In this document: piece after piece, positions 40,327-53,376 of the stretch
Layout: each line of letters begins with the position of its first letter
Numbering within the stretch: position 1 is the first letter of the stretch
Assembly (NCBI GenBank): GCA_964016885.1
Contig: OZ024743.1
Span: 197,594,001-197,658,000, forward strand
Source of the DNA: Eledone cirrhosa
Lineage: Eukaryota
DNA length: 64,000 nt
Reading direction: 5' to 3'
Notes under the pieces: generated by a model
Database searches by the model: none
Told to the model about the DNA's origin: nothing
What the model saw: the letters and a program-made list of their open reading frames with translations, nothing else
Program-made: the position numbers and the translations under genes

Positions 40327-41699
40327 GTGTGTATGCAATTATGTATCTGTGAATGCATGTATGTATATATATGTGGGTATGTATGTGTGAATATATGTGT
40401 ATGTGTGTCGGCGTGTGGATGTTTGGTGTTTGAGGTGTTATCAGTTATGCTATGAAACGAACTGTCACTATATTCTATTCGAGATAGTTGAAGAAAAACG
40501 TAACGTTAATGATGGATGACAAAATGAAAGCTGTAAGAATAATGAGACGTGTCATGGTGAATTAAATTTATGTTATGTCGAGAATTGTACTGTTATGTTG
40601 GCAATTAGCGATGGTAAATCACCAAATTTCCTTATTGCTGTTTTATTGTTTAGCCCCAGGTTAGCCTTGATCTAGCATTTTAGCTATATTTCTTCTTTTT
40701 TATTTTTATTTTACACGCTTTTTATAACCGTAGGGTGTGATTTGATGGAGATTGGTTGTTATTTCTAGCGGGTAAGGATACCGTGTACAAGGATAGGCAC
40801 CACATTGTTTCGTTTATGATATTGATATACTGGAAAATAACGAGGCTGTGTTTAAAATGGAATTACTGGTTTTTCGTAATTCCAATTGTTTTATTTTTAT
40901 TATTATTACTACTATTATTTTATTTTTTTTTGGAATTTTACGTCATTTCAGAAGGAAAATGTTTGTTGTAAAAACCTGAAACAAAGAAACTATTTCTGGT
41001 ACAATTTCACCAACAAATACAACACAAACAACAACAACAACAGCAACACATCAACAACAATAACAACAAAAACAACAACAACAATAACAACAATAACAAC
41101 ATATGTAGTAGCAACAGAAACAATAACAACAACATCAGCAACAACAAAAAACAACAACAAGCAACAACAACAACACCAGCAACACCAAAAAACTACAACA
41201 ACAACATTAGCAACAACAACAATACCAGCAACAGCAACAACAACAACCGCAGCAGCATCAGCAACAGAAAGAAAAACTAAAACTACAGCAAGAAGAAGAA
41301 GAAGGGAAGAAGAGGGGCGTTTTTATTGTTTACGCCTCTCTGTTAGGATGTGAACAATGAAGACTTTGTTGTTTTGTTGATTGCTCGGTTTTGTTTTGTA
41401 AGTGTTTCCAATAATTTTTATGGCTGTGATATTGTGAAAGACCATTAAAATAAATTGCTTTCGTATGACGGAAGCAAGGGGAAGAAGAGAGATAGATTAC
41501 CACAGAAAAATGGCGTTTATCAACGGTAAGAAAGAGGAGAATTAATAGGAGACAAATGCAGAGATAGAGAATAAAACAGTGCAATCATATAGATTAACGG
41601 GTAAGAAAGAATAAATAGACAACAATAAAAAGCAAAAAAAAAAAGTAAAACAAAAACAAAGAAAAAAAAACGCAAACAATTCAAGTCTGAGTTGGGCCT

Positions 41700-42272
41700 C
41701 CGTCAGTTCTAAAGATGAATGTTATAATTGTTCCCGTTGATTCGATCGATGGAACAGCCAGCTCGTGAAATTAACATGCTAGTGGCTGAGCATTCCACAG
41801 ACCCGTGTCCCTTAATCTATTTCTCAGGGAATTTCAGTGTGACACAGGATGCGACAAAGCTGACCATTTCAATTACAAGTACAACTCATTTTTTTGCCAT
41901 CTAAGTAGACCGGAGCAATGTGAAATAAAGTGTCTTGATACAAGGCACCGCTAGGAATTGAACTCACGACTGTGATCGACACTCCTTAACCCCGAAGCAA
42001 CGCGCCTTCCCGAAAGAAAACCTGTAATTTCAGCGTAATATTTCTCACGACAAGGCGGTGGATTGGCAGTATCGAGAGAACGTCAGACAACATCCTTTAT
42101 AGCATGGGGTTACGGCCCTTTAGGTTCTGAGTTCAAAATCCTGCTGCGGTTAGCTTTGCATTTCATCCTTACGAGGTCGATAAAATAAAGTACCAGTAAT
42201 GCACTGGGATAGATTTAATCGAGTTTCCCCTCCTCCAAAATTATTGTCCTCGTGTCTAAATCAGATAGCAAT
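41700..42272. mobile_element. Back-to-back SINEs: family 2 (minus, ~41700-42010) and family 1 (plus, ~42052-42272)
   Basis: Sequence similarity to the other copies; B boxes are visible. Confidence 0.7.
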
Positions 42273-43149
42273 ATTTGTAATGACAGAACGCAATTTTTTT
42301 TAAAAAATACACAGTAAATATTGTTGACCGTAAATAAATACATAAAAAAGATAAATAGATAGATAGACAAATAAATAAATATAAGTGATATTGGGGAGTT
42401 ATTTCTGTTCAGTTAATGTTTAACTCGTGTGAAATTTTTGCTTTATCAGCAAACAGAGCAATTGGATAAATAAAACAATTTCAAGTGAGATCTATTATTG
42501 TTTATACATTTTCAAATGTCATCTGCCGAGTGTTAAAGATAACATCAGTTTTTCACTGGCGGAAATGTCGCTGTTGTCTGAGATTTTTAACGGTTATACG
42601 TCAGTTAATCTCTTACATATAATGCACTAAACTGAAGGACAATGGCCTGAAATATAACCGGGTGAAAAATGTCATTTGCCGAATTCTATTCTAAAAGGTT
42701 ACTTTTGTATTAAATGTTATTGTTTGATTATTATTTATTTTACATTACATTCTCTATTTAGTTGATAGTTAGTGAGTATGAAACTCGAACAGGTCCTTTA
42801 GCGTTTCAGATATTGATTTTGAGTGGAGTATCATTATAGTTTCAGTGGTTTTCTTTCACATATGTTGTTATCTCGTTGGATGGAGAAAGTAAACTTACTG
42901 ACATCCGACAAGAAAGATACTGGAGGACTGTCATAAAGAAGTAACCTGACATCGTTAAATGTCAATTTGTAATAAACACCTCAACGGCCATTGGCTTACA
43001 TTGACAGACGTTCGGATAATCGATTAACGATGACACAACTATTCTAATAAGGAGATTACAAAAGTGTTGAAACTTTAAATAAATATTTATAGCAGGCTTG
43101 TCAATATTTTCAATATATCAAATGAGAAGCTATTCATTGTTAACCACAC

Positions 43150-43979
43150 GACATTCACATCAGTTTCACCTTATTCAACTTGAAAAGAATTCACCCACTG
43201 ATCTGCTGCTCCTTTCATAAATCTTTTTTCTTCTTTATATAACACATATATTGAAGTCACGGGCTTAGTGGTTAGGGTTCTCAGTAAGGTTGTGAGTTCG
43301 ATTCCCGATCGCCAGACATTCACATCAGTTTCGTCCTATTCAACGTGAAAAGAATTCATCCACTGATCTGCTGCTCCTTTCATAAATATTTTTTCTTCTT
43401 TATATAACAGATATATTAAAGTCACGGGCTTAGTGGTTAGGGTTCTCAGTAAGGTTGTGAGTTCGATTCCCGATCGCCAGACATTCACATCAGTTTCGTC
43501 CTATTCAACGTGAAAAGAATTCATCCACTGATCTGCTGCTCCTTTCATAAATATTTTTTCTTCTTTATATAACACATAAATTGAAGTCACGGGCTTAGTG
43601 GTTAGGGTTCTCAGTAAGGTTGTGAGTTCGATTCCCGATCGCCAGACATTCACATCAGTTTCGTCCTATTCAACGTGAAAAGAATTCATCCACTGATCTG
43701 CTGCTCCTTTCATAAATATTTTTTCTTCTTTATATAACACATATATTGAAGTCACGGGCTTAGTGGTTAGGGTTCTCAGTAAGGTTGTGAGTTCGATTCC
43801 CGATCGCCAGACATTCACATCAGTTTCGTCCTATTCAACGTGAAAAGAATTCATCCACTGATCTGCTGCTCCTTTCATAAATATTTTTTCTTCTTTATAT
43901 AACAGATATATTAAAGTCACGGGCTTAGTGGTTAGAGTTCTTAGCTATGGATTATAATGTTACGAGTTCGATTCCCGAT
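43150..43979 (+). repeat. 165-bp tandem repeat x5, each unit holding a tRNA-like SINE head
   Basis: GACATTCACATCAGTTTC at 43150, 43315, 43480, 43645 and 43810. Each unit has GGCTTAGTGGTTAG (A box) and GAGTTCGATTCCCG (B box). Confidence 0.92.
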
Positions 43980-44578
43980 AGTGATAAGTGACTCCGAGAA
44001 AAACATATAAAAACATATATATATATATGTTTGTATATATATATATATATATGGGTCCTATTCCTCTCATGGACTCAAGTCACCGTCCCAATTTCTCTAA
44101 TACCCCGGCCATTATCACACCCCTAGATTCCTATTGTTTTCTCTTGATCATTAGCAGCTTCTCTTACTACTAATACAAGCCGATACACACCCTTATATTA
44201 ACATAGTTTTGCTCATATCTTCGTACTTACATGCACACACACTCTTTTACTCACATATACACACACATTTCTTTTTAGCTTCGTACGGACCTATAATAAC
44301 ACACACACACTCTTGCTTACGCACGTGCTCAAGAATAGCTCTTTTTACAAAACGTTTTTTTTTCCATTTCAGGTAGATATGTACACGTACATACATATAT
44401 GTATACAGACGTACAGTAGTATGTATATATATATACATACATGCACACACATATATATGTACGTATGGATTCACCGAACATTTATTATAATGCTCGGTGG
44501 GTTTGTAAACAAACATCCCGTATTAAGCCGTAGTGTCTAGCAACCATCGTTGCTCGTTTGTTCAACACTGACAAAGGA

Positions 44579-44621
44579 ACGCTGTACTAGTTTCAAGCTT
44601 ATTAGCTATCGTCAGCAACGT
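44579..44621 (-). ncRNA. Type-I hammerhead ribozyme, family B
   Basis: Minus strand reads ACGTTG-CTGACGA-TAGCTAATAAGCTT-GAAAC-TA-GTA-CAGCGT. Confidence 0.8.
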
Positions 44622-44694
44622 ATACCTTCCTGCCAGATTGTTGAACGTATATACTTACCTTATGCATACGTTCAACAATCTGGCAGGAAGGTAT

Positions 44695-44737
44695 ACGTTG
44701 CTGACGATAGCTAATACGCTTGAAACTAGTACAGCGT
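44695..44737 (+). ncRNA. Type-I hammerhead ribozyme, family B
   Basis: ACGTTG-CTGACGA-TAGCTAATACGCTT-GAAAC-TA-GTA-CAGCGT. Confidence 0.78.
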
Positions 44738-44946
44738 TCCTTTGTCAGTGTTGAACAAACGAGCAACGATGTTTGCTAGACACTACGGCTTAATACGGGA
44801 TGTTTGTTTACAAACACACCGAGCATTATAATAAATGTTCGGTGAATCCATACGTACATATATATATATGTGTGCATGTATGTATGTATATATATATATA
44901 CATACTACTGTACGTCTGTATACATATATGTATGTACGTGTACATA

Positions 44947-44986
<40 letters not shown>

Positions 44987-44989
<3 letters not shown>

Positions 44990-45553
44990 CGTTTGTTTCA
45001 CAGTTTAAATCCGTCAAACCAATGTGGTGTTTCAACCCTCGTAATTTTAAACACTCAATTTACTGTGTTTATTTCTACATATATTATAAAATGCTCAGTA
45101 TTTATACTTTGAGCTTATTAATTACAGGTATTAATATGAATATCTAACTCTTCCTTTTATTTGAATTTTGGCTCCTTACTTTGGTGAGCTTACAAGTTGA
45201 GTGAATTTAGGCTATTAGTTTTAGCCGATTCATCCACGCACTTTGAACGACTGACACACGAGGTAACTTATACCCTCGTGTAGTATTTTGTTACCTACTC
45301 TCTTAGGTGTTTGTCGCTTTTAATTTTGTCTCCCGCTGACGAAATGCCTACGGATTATCTGTTACAAACACAATTTTCAGACAGATTAAATCAAACAGAT
45401 TAAATCTCTAATCTGTCCGGGAGATTAATAGTATTTTTTTTATCTCGTATTTTCCGTTTGTTTCATAGTTTAAATCTGTCAATCCAACGTGATCTTTGAA
45501 CCCTTTTAATTTTAAACACACAATTTACCGTGTTTATTTCTACATATATTATA
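44987..45553 (+). mobile_element. Non-coding element with ~100-bp terminal direct repeats (464-bp period) in (TA)n, carrying a decayed hammerhead at 45329-45424
   Basis: TTCCGTTTGTTTCA.AGTTTAAATC.GTCAA at 44987 and 45451. TCTCCCG-CTGACGA-...-CAA-ACAGATTA-AATCTC-TAATCTGT-C-CGGGAGA has perfect stems I and III, but GAAA is mutated to CAAA. Confidence 0.7.
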
Positions 45554-45689
45554 TATATATATATAGTAATAATAATAAATGTGAAGACTAAAACTCGTTA
45601 AGGGGGAAAGCAGCGATTCTTTGCTTAAACTTTAATCTGTTATTTTAATATATATATATATATTTTTTTTTTCAAGTATAATTTTAATA

Positions 45690-45775
<86 letters not shown>

Positions 45776-46291
45776 AAAGAATAGAGGTGTAACACACAAG
45801 TTATTATATATTGGTAAACGGAATAGAAAATGCTGACAAATTGTTCACAGTTGAAAAATAGTTTAATTAGGAATAAAAGTATTAGTGATTGTATTGGTTA
45901 GTATTCAGTTTTGGTTTTAAGTTTTTACCGGTTGCGCATTTCTAAATGCTTTTCAAAAATAATTTTGAGATAGAGCGTCGGTGTTGTTTGCTCTGATCTG
46001 ATTAGTTTTGGGAATTCTACCTGTATTTATGTTAAAAAAGTGGCTCCAGCGCTACTTGGTGTTGCAAAAATTCTTGTGGTCAAAACAATTTTGATTGGTC
46101 GGTAGAGGTCATGTGAATGTAAAAAATTGATTTTGCGCCAAGTCTGATAAATGACTCTTTCACAACAAATATGTGTGTGTGTGTGTAGTAGTGGTAAAGT
46201 GTTCGATGTTGTGATAATGGTTAGCAGGGATGTGTGTGCGAACCGCAGCCTGTTGACAGTTCAAATGGCTATTAAGATAAGTGTGTGTGTG

Positions 46292-46327
<36 letters not shown>

Positions 46328-46870
46328 AGAGTAATTCGTGGTAGCGGGATGGTCAGTAGGAATGTGTCTGTAAGTAGTGGGGGTATTTTAGCATGTCAAA
46401 AGAAATTGTTCAGCTTTTGTCTTATACGGAGAAGTGTGTGTGTGTGTGTGTGTGTATAACTCTCTTTGTATGTTAGTATATGTGTGTGTGTGTGTGTGTA
46501 TATATGTGTGTGTGTGTGTGTGTGTGAGAATGTGTGTGTGTGTGTGTGAGAATGTGTGTGTGTGTGTTTGTGTGTGTGTGGGTGGACCAGTATTTTTTTC
46601 CCCTTGTAAAATGGTGTACATTATTCGATATTTTCAGTAAAATCGATTCTCTCAATAGAACATCAAAAATCTTAACAATAAAAGGTGTGAAATGATATTC
46701 ACTATATATATATATATATATACATATATTCACTATATATATATATATATTTTTTTTTTGTGTTGCACCATAGAACATGTGTGTTTACGTATGTCATTGT
46801 GTTTATATGTGGGTAGAGATGTGTGCTGATGTAGGTATGTATGTTGACGTGTGTATGTTGTGGGTTCGTC

Positions 46871-47315
46871 TTAGGGAGAAGTGTTTAGACGGGGTCCGTA
46901 TTTGTTAATAAAGTAAGATTCCTTGCTGATGCGCTGGGTGTGGGTGGCATTATCTTTAAATTTGTAGAGGGGAAAGATTCTGAAGTTGGGATGATTTTGG
47001 GCGGCACAGGTATCAATGTGTGCACTCAGTGGTATTTTCCTGTATTCCCGTATTTTAATTTGGGATCTATGGATCTATGTATTGTTCTCGACAACCTGAG
47101 CAAGTTAATACATATATTAGATTTTCCGATGCACATGTGAAATTGTGTTTTACTATAAAACGTTGTCCTTTTTTGAAATAGAATTCCGAACCCTCTATTA
47201 GGTTGATGCAAATGCCACAGTTGGGTCTATCGCATTTTTTTACTGTGGGTTTCGTTGTTGTGGTTGTCAGTACTTTGGCATGTGTTAGGATGTTTTTCAT
47301 TGACTTAGATTGTCT
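46871..47315 (-). pseudogene. Penelope-like element GIY-YIG endonuclease C-terminal fragment
   Basis: KCDRPNCGIC...NFTCASENLIYVLTCSGCREQYI (Cys-rich linker plus GIY-YIG variant). After a deletion or frameshift it continues EYRKIPLSAHIDTCA...FRIFPLYK...RISKESYFINKYGPRLNTSP*. Confidence 0.8.
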
Positions 47316-47325
47316 ATATATATAG

Positions 47326-47375
<50 letters not shown>

Positions 47376-47698
47376 CATTAAAATTATACTTGAAAATAAA
47401 TAATGTGTGTGCGAGTGTGTGTGTGTATATATATATATATTATACGTTTTCAAAAAAACATATGGAAGTATACATAAACGTAGATGTTATGAACAGTGTT
47501 GTGCTATATAGCGTTTACAGGTGATAAGGTTTCTACAAGAAAAGTTGGAGCCAGCAGTTCGTTTGATTATTTGTTACTTTGTAAACCTTCAGGCAAAAAA
47601 CTGAATTTTACCGTACCACGTTGAATATGTTGGCTTCAATATGTATTTATGTATTATGTATCTACTTATATATGTATGTACGTTTGTTTGTTTGACTC

Positions 47699-47732
<34 letters not shown>

Positions 47733-47818
47733 TGTATGTATGTATGTATGTATGTATGTATGTATGTATGTATGTGTGTATGTATGCATGTATGTATGTA
47801 TATATATATCTATGTATG

Positions 47819-47877
<59 letters not shown>

Positions 47878-47974
47878 ATGTGTACGTGTGTTGGGATGCG
47901 TCTAGTTGTGCGCATCCCTGTACTTTTAGGTTTAGGAGCATACGCGCCATGTATATATGTATATATATATATAT

Positions 47975-48914
47975 AAAGTTATGAAACGAAAGGAGCTGTG
48001 TGGTTACTAAAACAAGGTTTAGGAAGGTGGTTAGGATGGAACAGGAGGAGAAAGGAAGAAAGGAGTTTCTATCGTCAGCTGTAAATGTTTCCCGAACCGA
48101 TGTTTTGGCGCTGAATTACAGGACATCGGTGTATTTCGGGTGCGCCCGAGGCCTTTTATTAATCAAAAGGCCAGGTGGAAAAGGAGAGAAAAAGAGAGAA
48201 AAAGAGGGGGAGAATAAAGGAAAGAGAGGGAAAGGAGGAAGAACAAGGGGGAAAAAGATGAGGAGATAGGAAGAAGGGGAGAAGGGAAAAGGGGGAAAAA
48301 ATAGGAAAGGAATAGGAGAAAAAAGTGTACAAGTCCCATCGTGAGAAGATACAGGTGAAAGAAACATGCAAAAAAGTAACCGTGGAAAGATAGGGAAAGT
48401 AAGTAAGTTGTGGCCAACCTGGGAGACTTTAGCCTGGTGGTCAGCTACGACTCAGAGCTGGTATAATCCTGCTGCCTCTCACATAGACAGGAGAAAGTGA
48501 GAGAGAAACACGGGCAACCAAAAGTGAGGAGGAGAAGGGAAAGGGAGATAATCCAGAAGGGTTTTTTTTACGACGGTAGTAAAAGCGTGCCGCAAAGATT
48601 GCGGACAGAGAGGCCACCACGGCACGTGTAAACATGTCAACAATCAAAACCGAACGGATGGATAGAGAGAGAGGAAAAACGAGAGTGAGGAGGAGAAGGG
48701 AAGAGAGAAGGGGAGGTCGATGCGAAGTGTGGAGGGAACACAGATCGACCAAAGCAGGTAGGGTCACAGCGGTAAATACAAAAAGTTATGTGTGGTTACT
48801 AAAACAAGGTTTAGGATGGTGGTTAGGACGGAACAGGAGGAGAAAGGAAGAGAGGAGTTTCCATCGTCAGCTGTAAATGTTTCCCGAACCGATGTTTCGG
48901 CGCTGAATTATAGG

Positions 48915-48917
<3 letters not shown>
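47975..48917. mobile_element. Purine-rich non-coding element with ~125-bp terminal direct repeats (792-bp period) next to TA/CA microsatellites
   Basis: TGGTTACTAAAACAAGGTTTAGGA...GCGCTGAATTA.AGGACA at 48001-48125 and 48793-48917. Confidence 0.72.
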
Positions 48918-48945
<28 letters not shown>

Positions 48946-48950
48946 CATCT

Positions 48951-48981
<31 letters not shown>

Positions 48982-49089
48982 AGCAAATAGATATTTAATT
49001 TGTTGATTATTCAACAAATTTATTTAACTGAACCTGAACGGATAAGGTCTGGTTTCTTGGGTATGTCACCATTTATAAAACAAATTTTG

Positions 49090-49150
49090 TATTTTATCTG
49101 ATGAGCGCGTATCAAAATTTTGGTAGCCTTGAAATATATATAATAAAATA
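49090..49150 (+). ncRNA. Type-I hammerhead ribozyme, family A
   Basis: TATTTTAT-CTGATGA-GCGCG-TATCAA-AATT-TTGGTA-GCCTT-GAAA-TATATATA-ATAAAATA, with a perfect 8-bp stem I. The downstream flank matches the 21231 copy. Confidence 0.75.
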
Positions 49151-49298
49151 AATATGGTTTTATAAATATAGTTTCCATTTATTAATATTATTGATATATA
49201 TATATTTTTTTCTTTTTTTCACCGTATTTTAGACTAAAGAAATTTCTAGCCTGATAGTGGGGTTTATAACCCTCGGAGAAATGGAAAAAGATGAGTGT

Positions 49299-49369
49299 TG
49301 CTGTACATGGGAGTCGAACCCACATCTTTGGTTATCCAGACCACTGTGCTACCATTACACCAATACACA
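49299..49369 (-). pseudogene. tRNA-like sequence (tRNA pseudogene or SINE head)
   Basis: Minus strand has the D arm TGGTGTAATGGTAGCAC, a TGGT/ACCA anticodon stem and the T arm GTGGG-TTCGACT-CCCAT. The acceptor stem pairs at only 5 of 7 positions. Confidence 0.6.
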
Positions 49370-49874
49370 TCCCATCTCCTTCCATTCGAATTAGAAGCTA
49401 TGAACTTAGCAAGTGAATGATAAACAAGCAAATTATAACTAATTTCAAACTCGCGCACCGTTTCAAAAACATACTTACATGTTTACGTTTATAATTTGCT
49501 TGTATATATATAGATAGATAGATATGTACATATATATATATGTATATATATATATGTGTGTGCTTGTGCGTGTGTGTGTAATTAGATAGATGCACATACA
49601 CACACACATTTATATATATATATATATATATTAAGTGTATTGAGTTCAGAACTCAAGCATTCCTTTACAATGAAATAGCTCAAAGAAAAGAATATTTCTG
49701 AGCCGTGTAATACATGTAAGTATAAATTAATATATATGATAAAACACAAATACCAACATATCTGTGTTTATATTGTAAAAGAAATATACATATATATAGT
49801 TAGAAATGTCTGTGGGAGTGAACAAATGAGAAATAGACGGGAAAGCAGGCAATAAATAGAATGAACTATTGAGA

Positions 49875-50822
49875 GGGAGAAGAATGAGAGGGTGGGGTAT
49901 ATGAGTGAGGAGTAGAGATGGGAGAAGAGAGAGAGAGAAAATGGTAGAGAGGGGGTGATAGATGAATGAAGGGTAGAGATGGCAGAGAGGGATAATGAGA
50001 GAGAGGGTGTGATATATGAGTGAGGGGTAGAGTAGTAGAGAGGGAGAAGAATGAGAGAGAGGGTGTAATATATGAGTGAGAGGCAGAGATGGGAGAGAGT
50101 GAGAGAGAGAGGGTGTGATATATGAGTGAGGGGTAGAGTGGTAGAGAGGGAGAAGAATGAGAGAGAGGGTGTAATATATGAGTGAGGGGCAGAGATGGGA
50201 GAGAGTGAGAGAGAGAGGGTGTGATATATGAGTGAGGGGTAGAGAGGGAGAAGAATGAGAGAGAGGGTGTAATATATGAGTGAGGGGCAGAGATGGGAGA
50301 GAGTGAGAGAGAGAGCTTGTGATATATGAGTGAGGGGTAGAGATGGGAGTGAGGGAGAATGAGAGAGAGGGTGTGTTATATGAGTGAGGGGCAGAGACAC
50401 AGAAGAATGGGAGGGGGTGATATATGAGTGGAGGGCAGAGAGGGAGAAGAATGAGAGAGGGTGTGTGATATATGAGTGAGGGGCTGAGATGGGAGACAGG
50501 GAAGGAGAGTGAGAGAGGGGGAGAGAGGGAGGTAGAGGGAGAGAGAGGGTGTGTGATATATGAGTGAGGGGTAGAGAGGGAGGAGAATGAGAGAAAGATC
50601 GGTAATATGTGAGTGAGGGGCAGAGATGGGAGAGAGGGAAGGAGAGTGAGAGAGGGGTATAGATGGGAGAGAGGGTGTGTGATATATGAGTGAGGGGTAG
50701 AGAGGGAGAAGAATGAGAGAGAGTGGGTAATATATGAGTGAGGGGCAGAGATGGCAGAGAGGGAGGGGGAAGAATGTGTGTGAGAGAGAGAGAGAGGGTG
50801 TGGTATATGAGTGAGGGGCAGG
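49875..50822. repeat. Purine-rich minisatellite (variable ~45-55-bp unit with TATATGAGTGAGGGG(C/T)AGAG)
   Basis: About 18 recurrences; it explains the spurious 441-aa ORF. Confidence 0.88.
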
Positions 50823-51632
50823 GATGAATTCAAAAGAAATGAAAATTGAAAGGCGTGTGCCCACGCGTGTTTGTGCTTGTGTATGTGTGTGTGTGTGTGC
50901 ATGTTTGTGTGTGTATATGTGTGTCTGTTTGTGTGTGTGTATGTGTGTATATATATATATATGTTTGTGTGTGAGTGTATGTGTGTGTGTATGTATGTGT
51001 GTTTGTGTGTATGAGCGTATATCTGTGTGTGTGTCTGTGTGTGATGAGACAATCTCGTCTGAAGATAGAGCGACCACCTACTGGTAGATATGTTAAATAC
51101 AGTGGATAAAGACGTGTTGAAATACTAAAGTTCATGTTGTGCCCTTAGGCTGAAGGTTTTATTTGCCCCAGTCTACACAGCAGGACATTACGGTACCAGC
51201 GTCCTACCCAGGGGGGGGGGGGGGGCTTTTTTCTCATCTACAAAACCAAAGAGCCAAAGAGAAGATAAGCATTTCTTCAATGAGTCATCAAAGTTTTGTG
51301 AGTGAAACACATATACACGAATAGACATACCTTCACACATGCACACATACATATACACATGACACACACACATATATAAATATAAAGACATATATATATA
51401 TGTTTGTATTCATATATGCGTGTGCATCTGTGTCAGAGTGAGTGTGTGTATGTGTTTATAGTTTCTTTCGTTTGCACAGCCAAACCTATATATGCATGTA
51501 TATTCGGTAGATAAGGATGCAATTCAATTCAAGCACTCGACGTCATATTACTTCTTTAAAATAAGGATGATGGAGTATGTTTATAAAGAGGAAAATGCGA
51601 AGTTGTAAATGTTAGAGTCTTTTAATAAATGA

Positions 51633-51682
51633 GCCGTTATATATATTTCCTGACGATAGATATCGTGATTTCTTCAGACAGC
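51633..51682 (-). ncRNA. Type-I hammerhead ribozyme (GAAA-TATATATA type)
   Basis: Minus strand reads GCTGT-CTGAAGA-AATC-ACGAT-ATCT-ATCGT-CAG-GAAA-TATATATA-ACGGC, with a 5-bp stem I. Confidence 0.7.
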
Positions 51683-51775
51683 AAAAGTTGAATAAAAGGT
51701 AAAGTTTCGGATCAATAATGGGTGGAAGAGAGCAGACTAAAAAATGTATGCTTTTGCTTTGGTTGTCCGCTATGC

Positions 51776-51869
<94 letters not shown>

Positions 51870-52214
51870 TTCAAAACAACGAAGAGCGGAGGACACGTTT
51901 CGCACCTTTCCGACAGATAACCCCCCCCCCCCCCCGGAAAAAAACTCAGTTGATGGATTTGAATCCGAAATATATAGGGACAATTAAATCTCTCCCAAGG
52001 TAACTCTATCTCGTGTTATTATTTTTATTTTTTACACTCTTTCCTACGTTCTTCTACACACTATACGTCTCATTCTACATTCACTTACATCTCTCTCTTC
52101 ACCACCGGATCTCGTTACCCGGAGAATTACCCATCTTCATTGTTGAGGCTTCCAAAACGACCTAAAGAAAATATATCTTATTATTCCACAATGCTTCAAG
52201 CAAACTTCAATATT

Positions 52215-52289
<75 letters not shown>

Positions 52290-52525
52290 CATGCATAGCG
52301 GTCACAACACACAAAAACAAGATGGTGTAGGACAGAAGAAATGAGAGACTCAAAATAAAAACCTAGTCACAGCATATGTGACGGAAGAGCTTTATAAACA
52401 ACCTTCCGGTTATCGAACCAACCAACCAACCAATCAACCGGAAATTTATAATAAATTGAAGTGAAAACCAAAAGGTGCATGCGTTTTTATTGGCAAAATG
52501 ACCCTCCCCAAGTATAGCAATATAC

Positions 52526-52558
<33 letters not shown>

Positions 52559-53323
52559 ACTTTATGTTATTGTTATTTCATCAACTTGAATACTCAATGT
52601 GTAGGTGGGTTCGTTGTAGTCTAGTACTTGGTGTATACATTTAGTGTTAAACTATGGTCGGATTCCCTCAAATGCAGGGTGTAATATGACAATAAGTAGA
52701 AACGAGGTGTCAGGGTATCACCATTAGATTGTTCAGGTTTGATGTGAGTTTCGCTATTGATCAGCTCAAGGTTCGATCTGTATCGATTTGAACCTACACC
52801 GTAATGAAAAGCTCATCAGACGCGTTTATGATGGGAGATATCCGCATTCAGCTTTGAAAATTATTTCACCTCATCGAAACAAAGAATGACAGAAAACCCC
52901 AACTGGATGTGAAAGGACTCTATAAATAGCATCTCTGTGCCCGGTGTGGTGGAATTAAGCCGGGTGATCTATAATGTCTGTTGTTCAAGACATTCTAGTG
53001 GGCCACAACGAAATTTGAACTCAGAAAACAAAAATCTTTTAAGAAATCAACAAAAACCACTTTAAGAAATCCACCAATCAACCATAGTGCTCTAGATTGG
53101 CGTTTTCTTTTATCGAGCCCTAAACGATTAAAAGCAAATCGACCGTAGCAGGATTTGAACTCAGTTCGTAGAGTGTCGGAGCAAATATTGCAAAGAGGTG
53201 ATCTAATTTTATCACTCGCTGTAATGACTTTGAGGAAGATATAGCTACTACTTCTAGAAAGTGAAACTAACATGTAGAATCTACGCCGTGTGTGTGCGTG
53301 TGTGTACGTGTCATTATGTGTGT

Positions 53324-53376
<53 letters not shown>

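Larger units (their letters stand above)
44381..44945. repeat. Palindrome of two family-B elements (~270-bp arms, ~15-nt spacer)
   Basis: 44381-44650 is the reverse complement of 44666-44945 with a few mismatches. Confidence 0.88.

Noticed and set aside
43150-43979. CRISPR-like or tRNA-gene array
   Set aside because: Whole units repeat with no unique spacers, the tRNA-like part lacks a complete cloverleaf, and the context is eukaryotic.
49727-51135. 441-aa and overlapping His/Ser/Leu-rich ORFs
   Set aside because: Translation of a purine-rich minisatellite and (CA)n.
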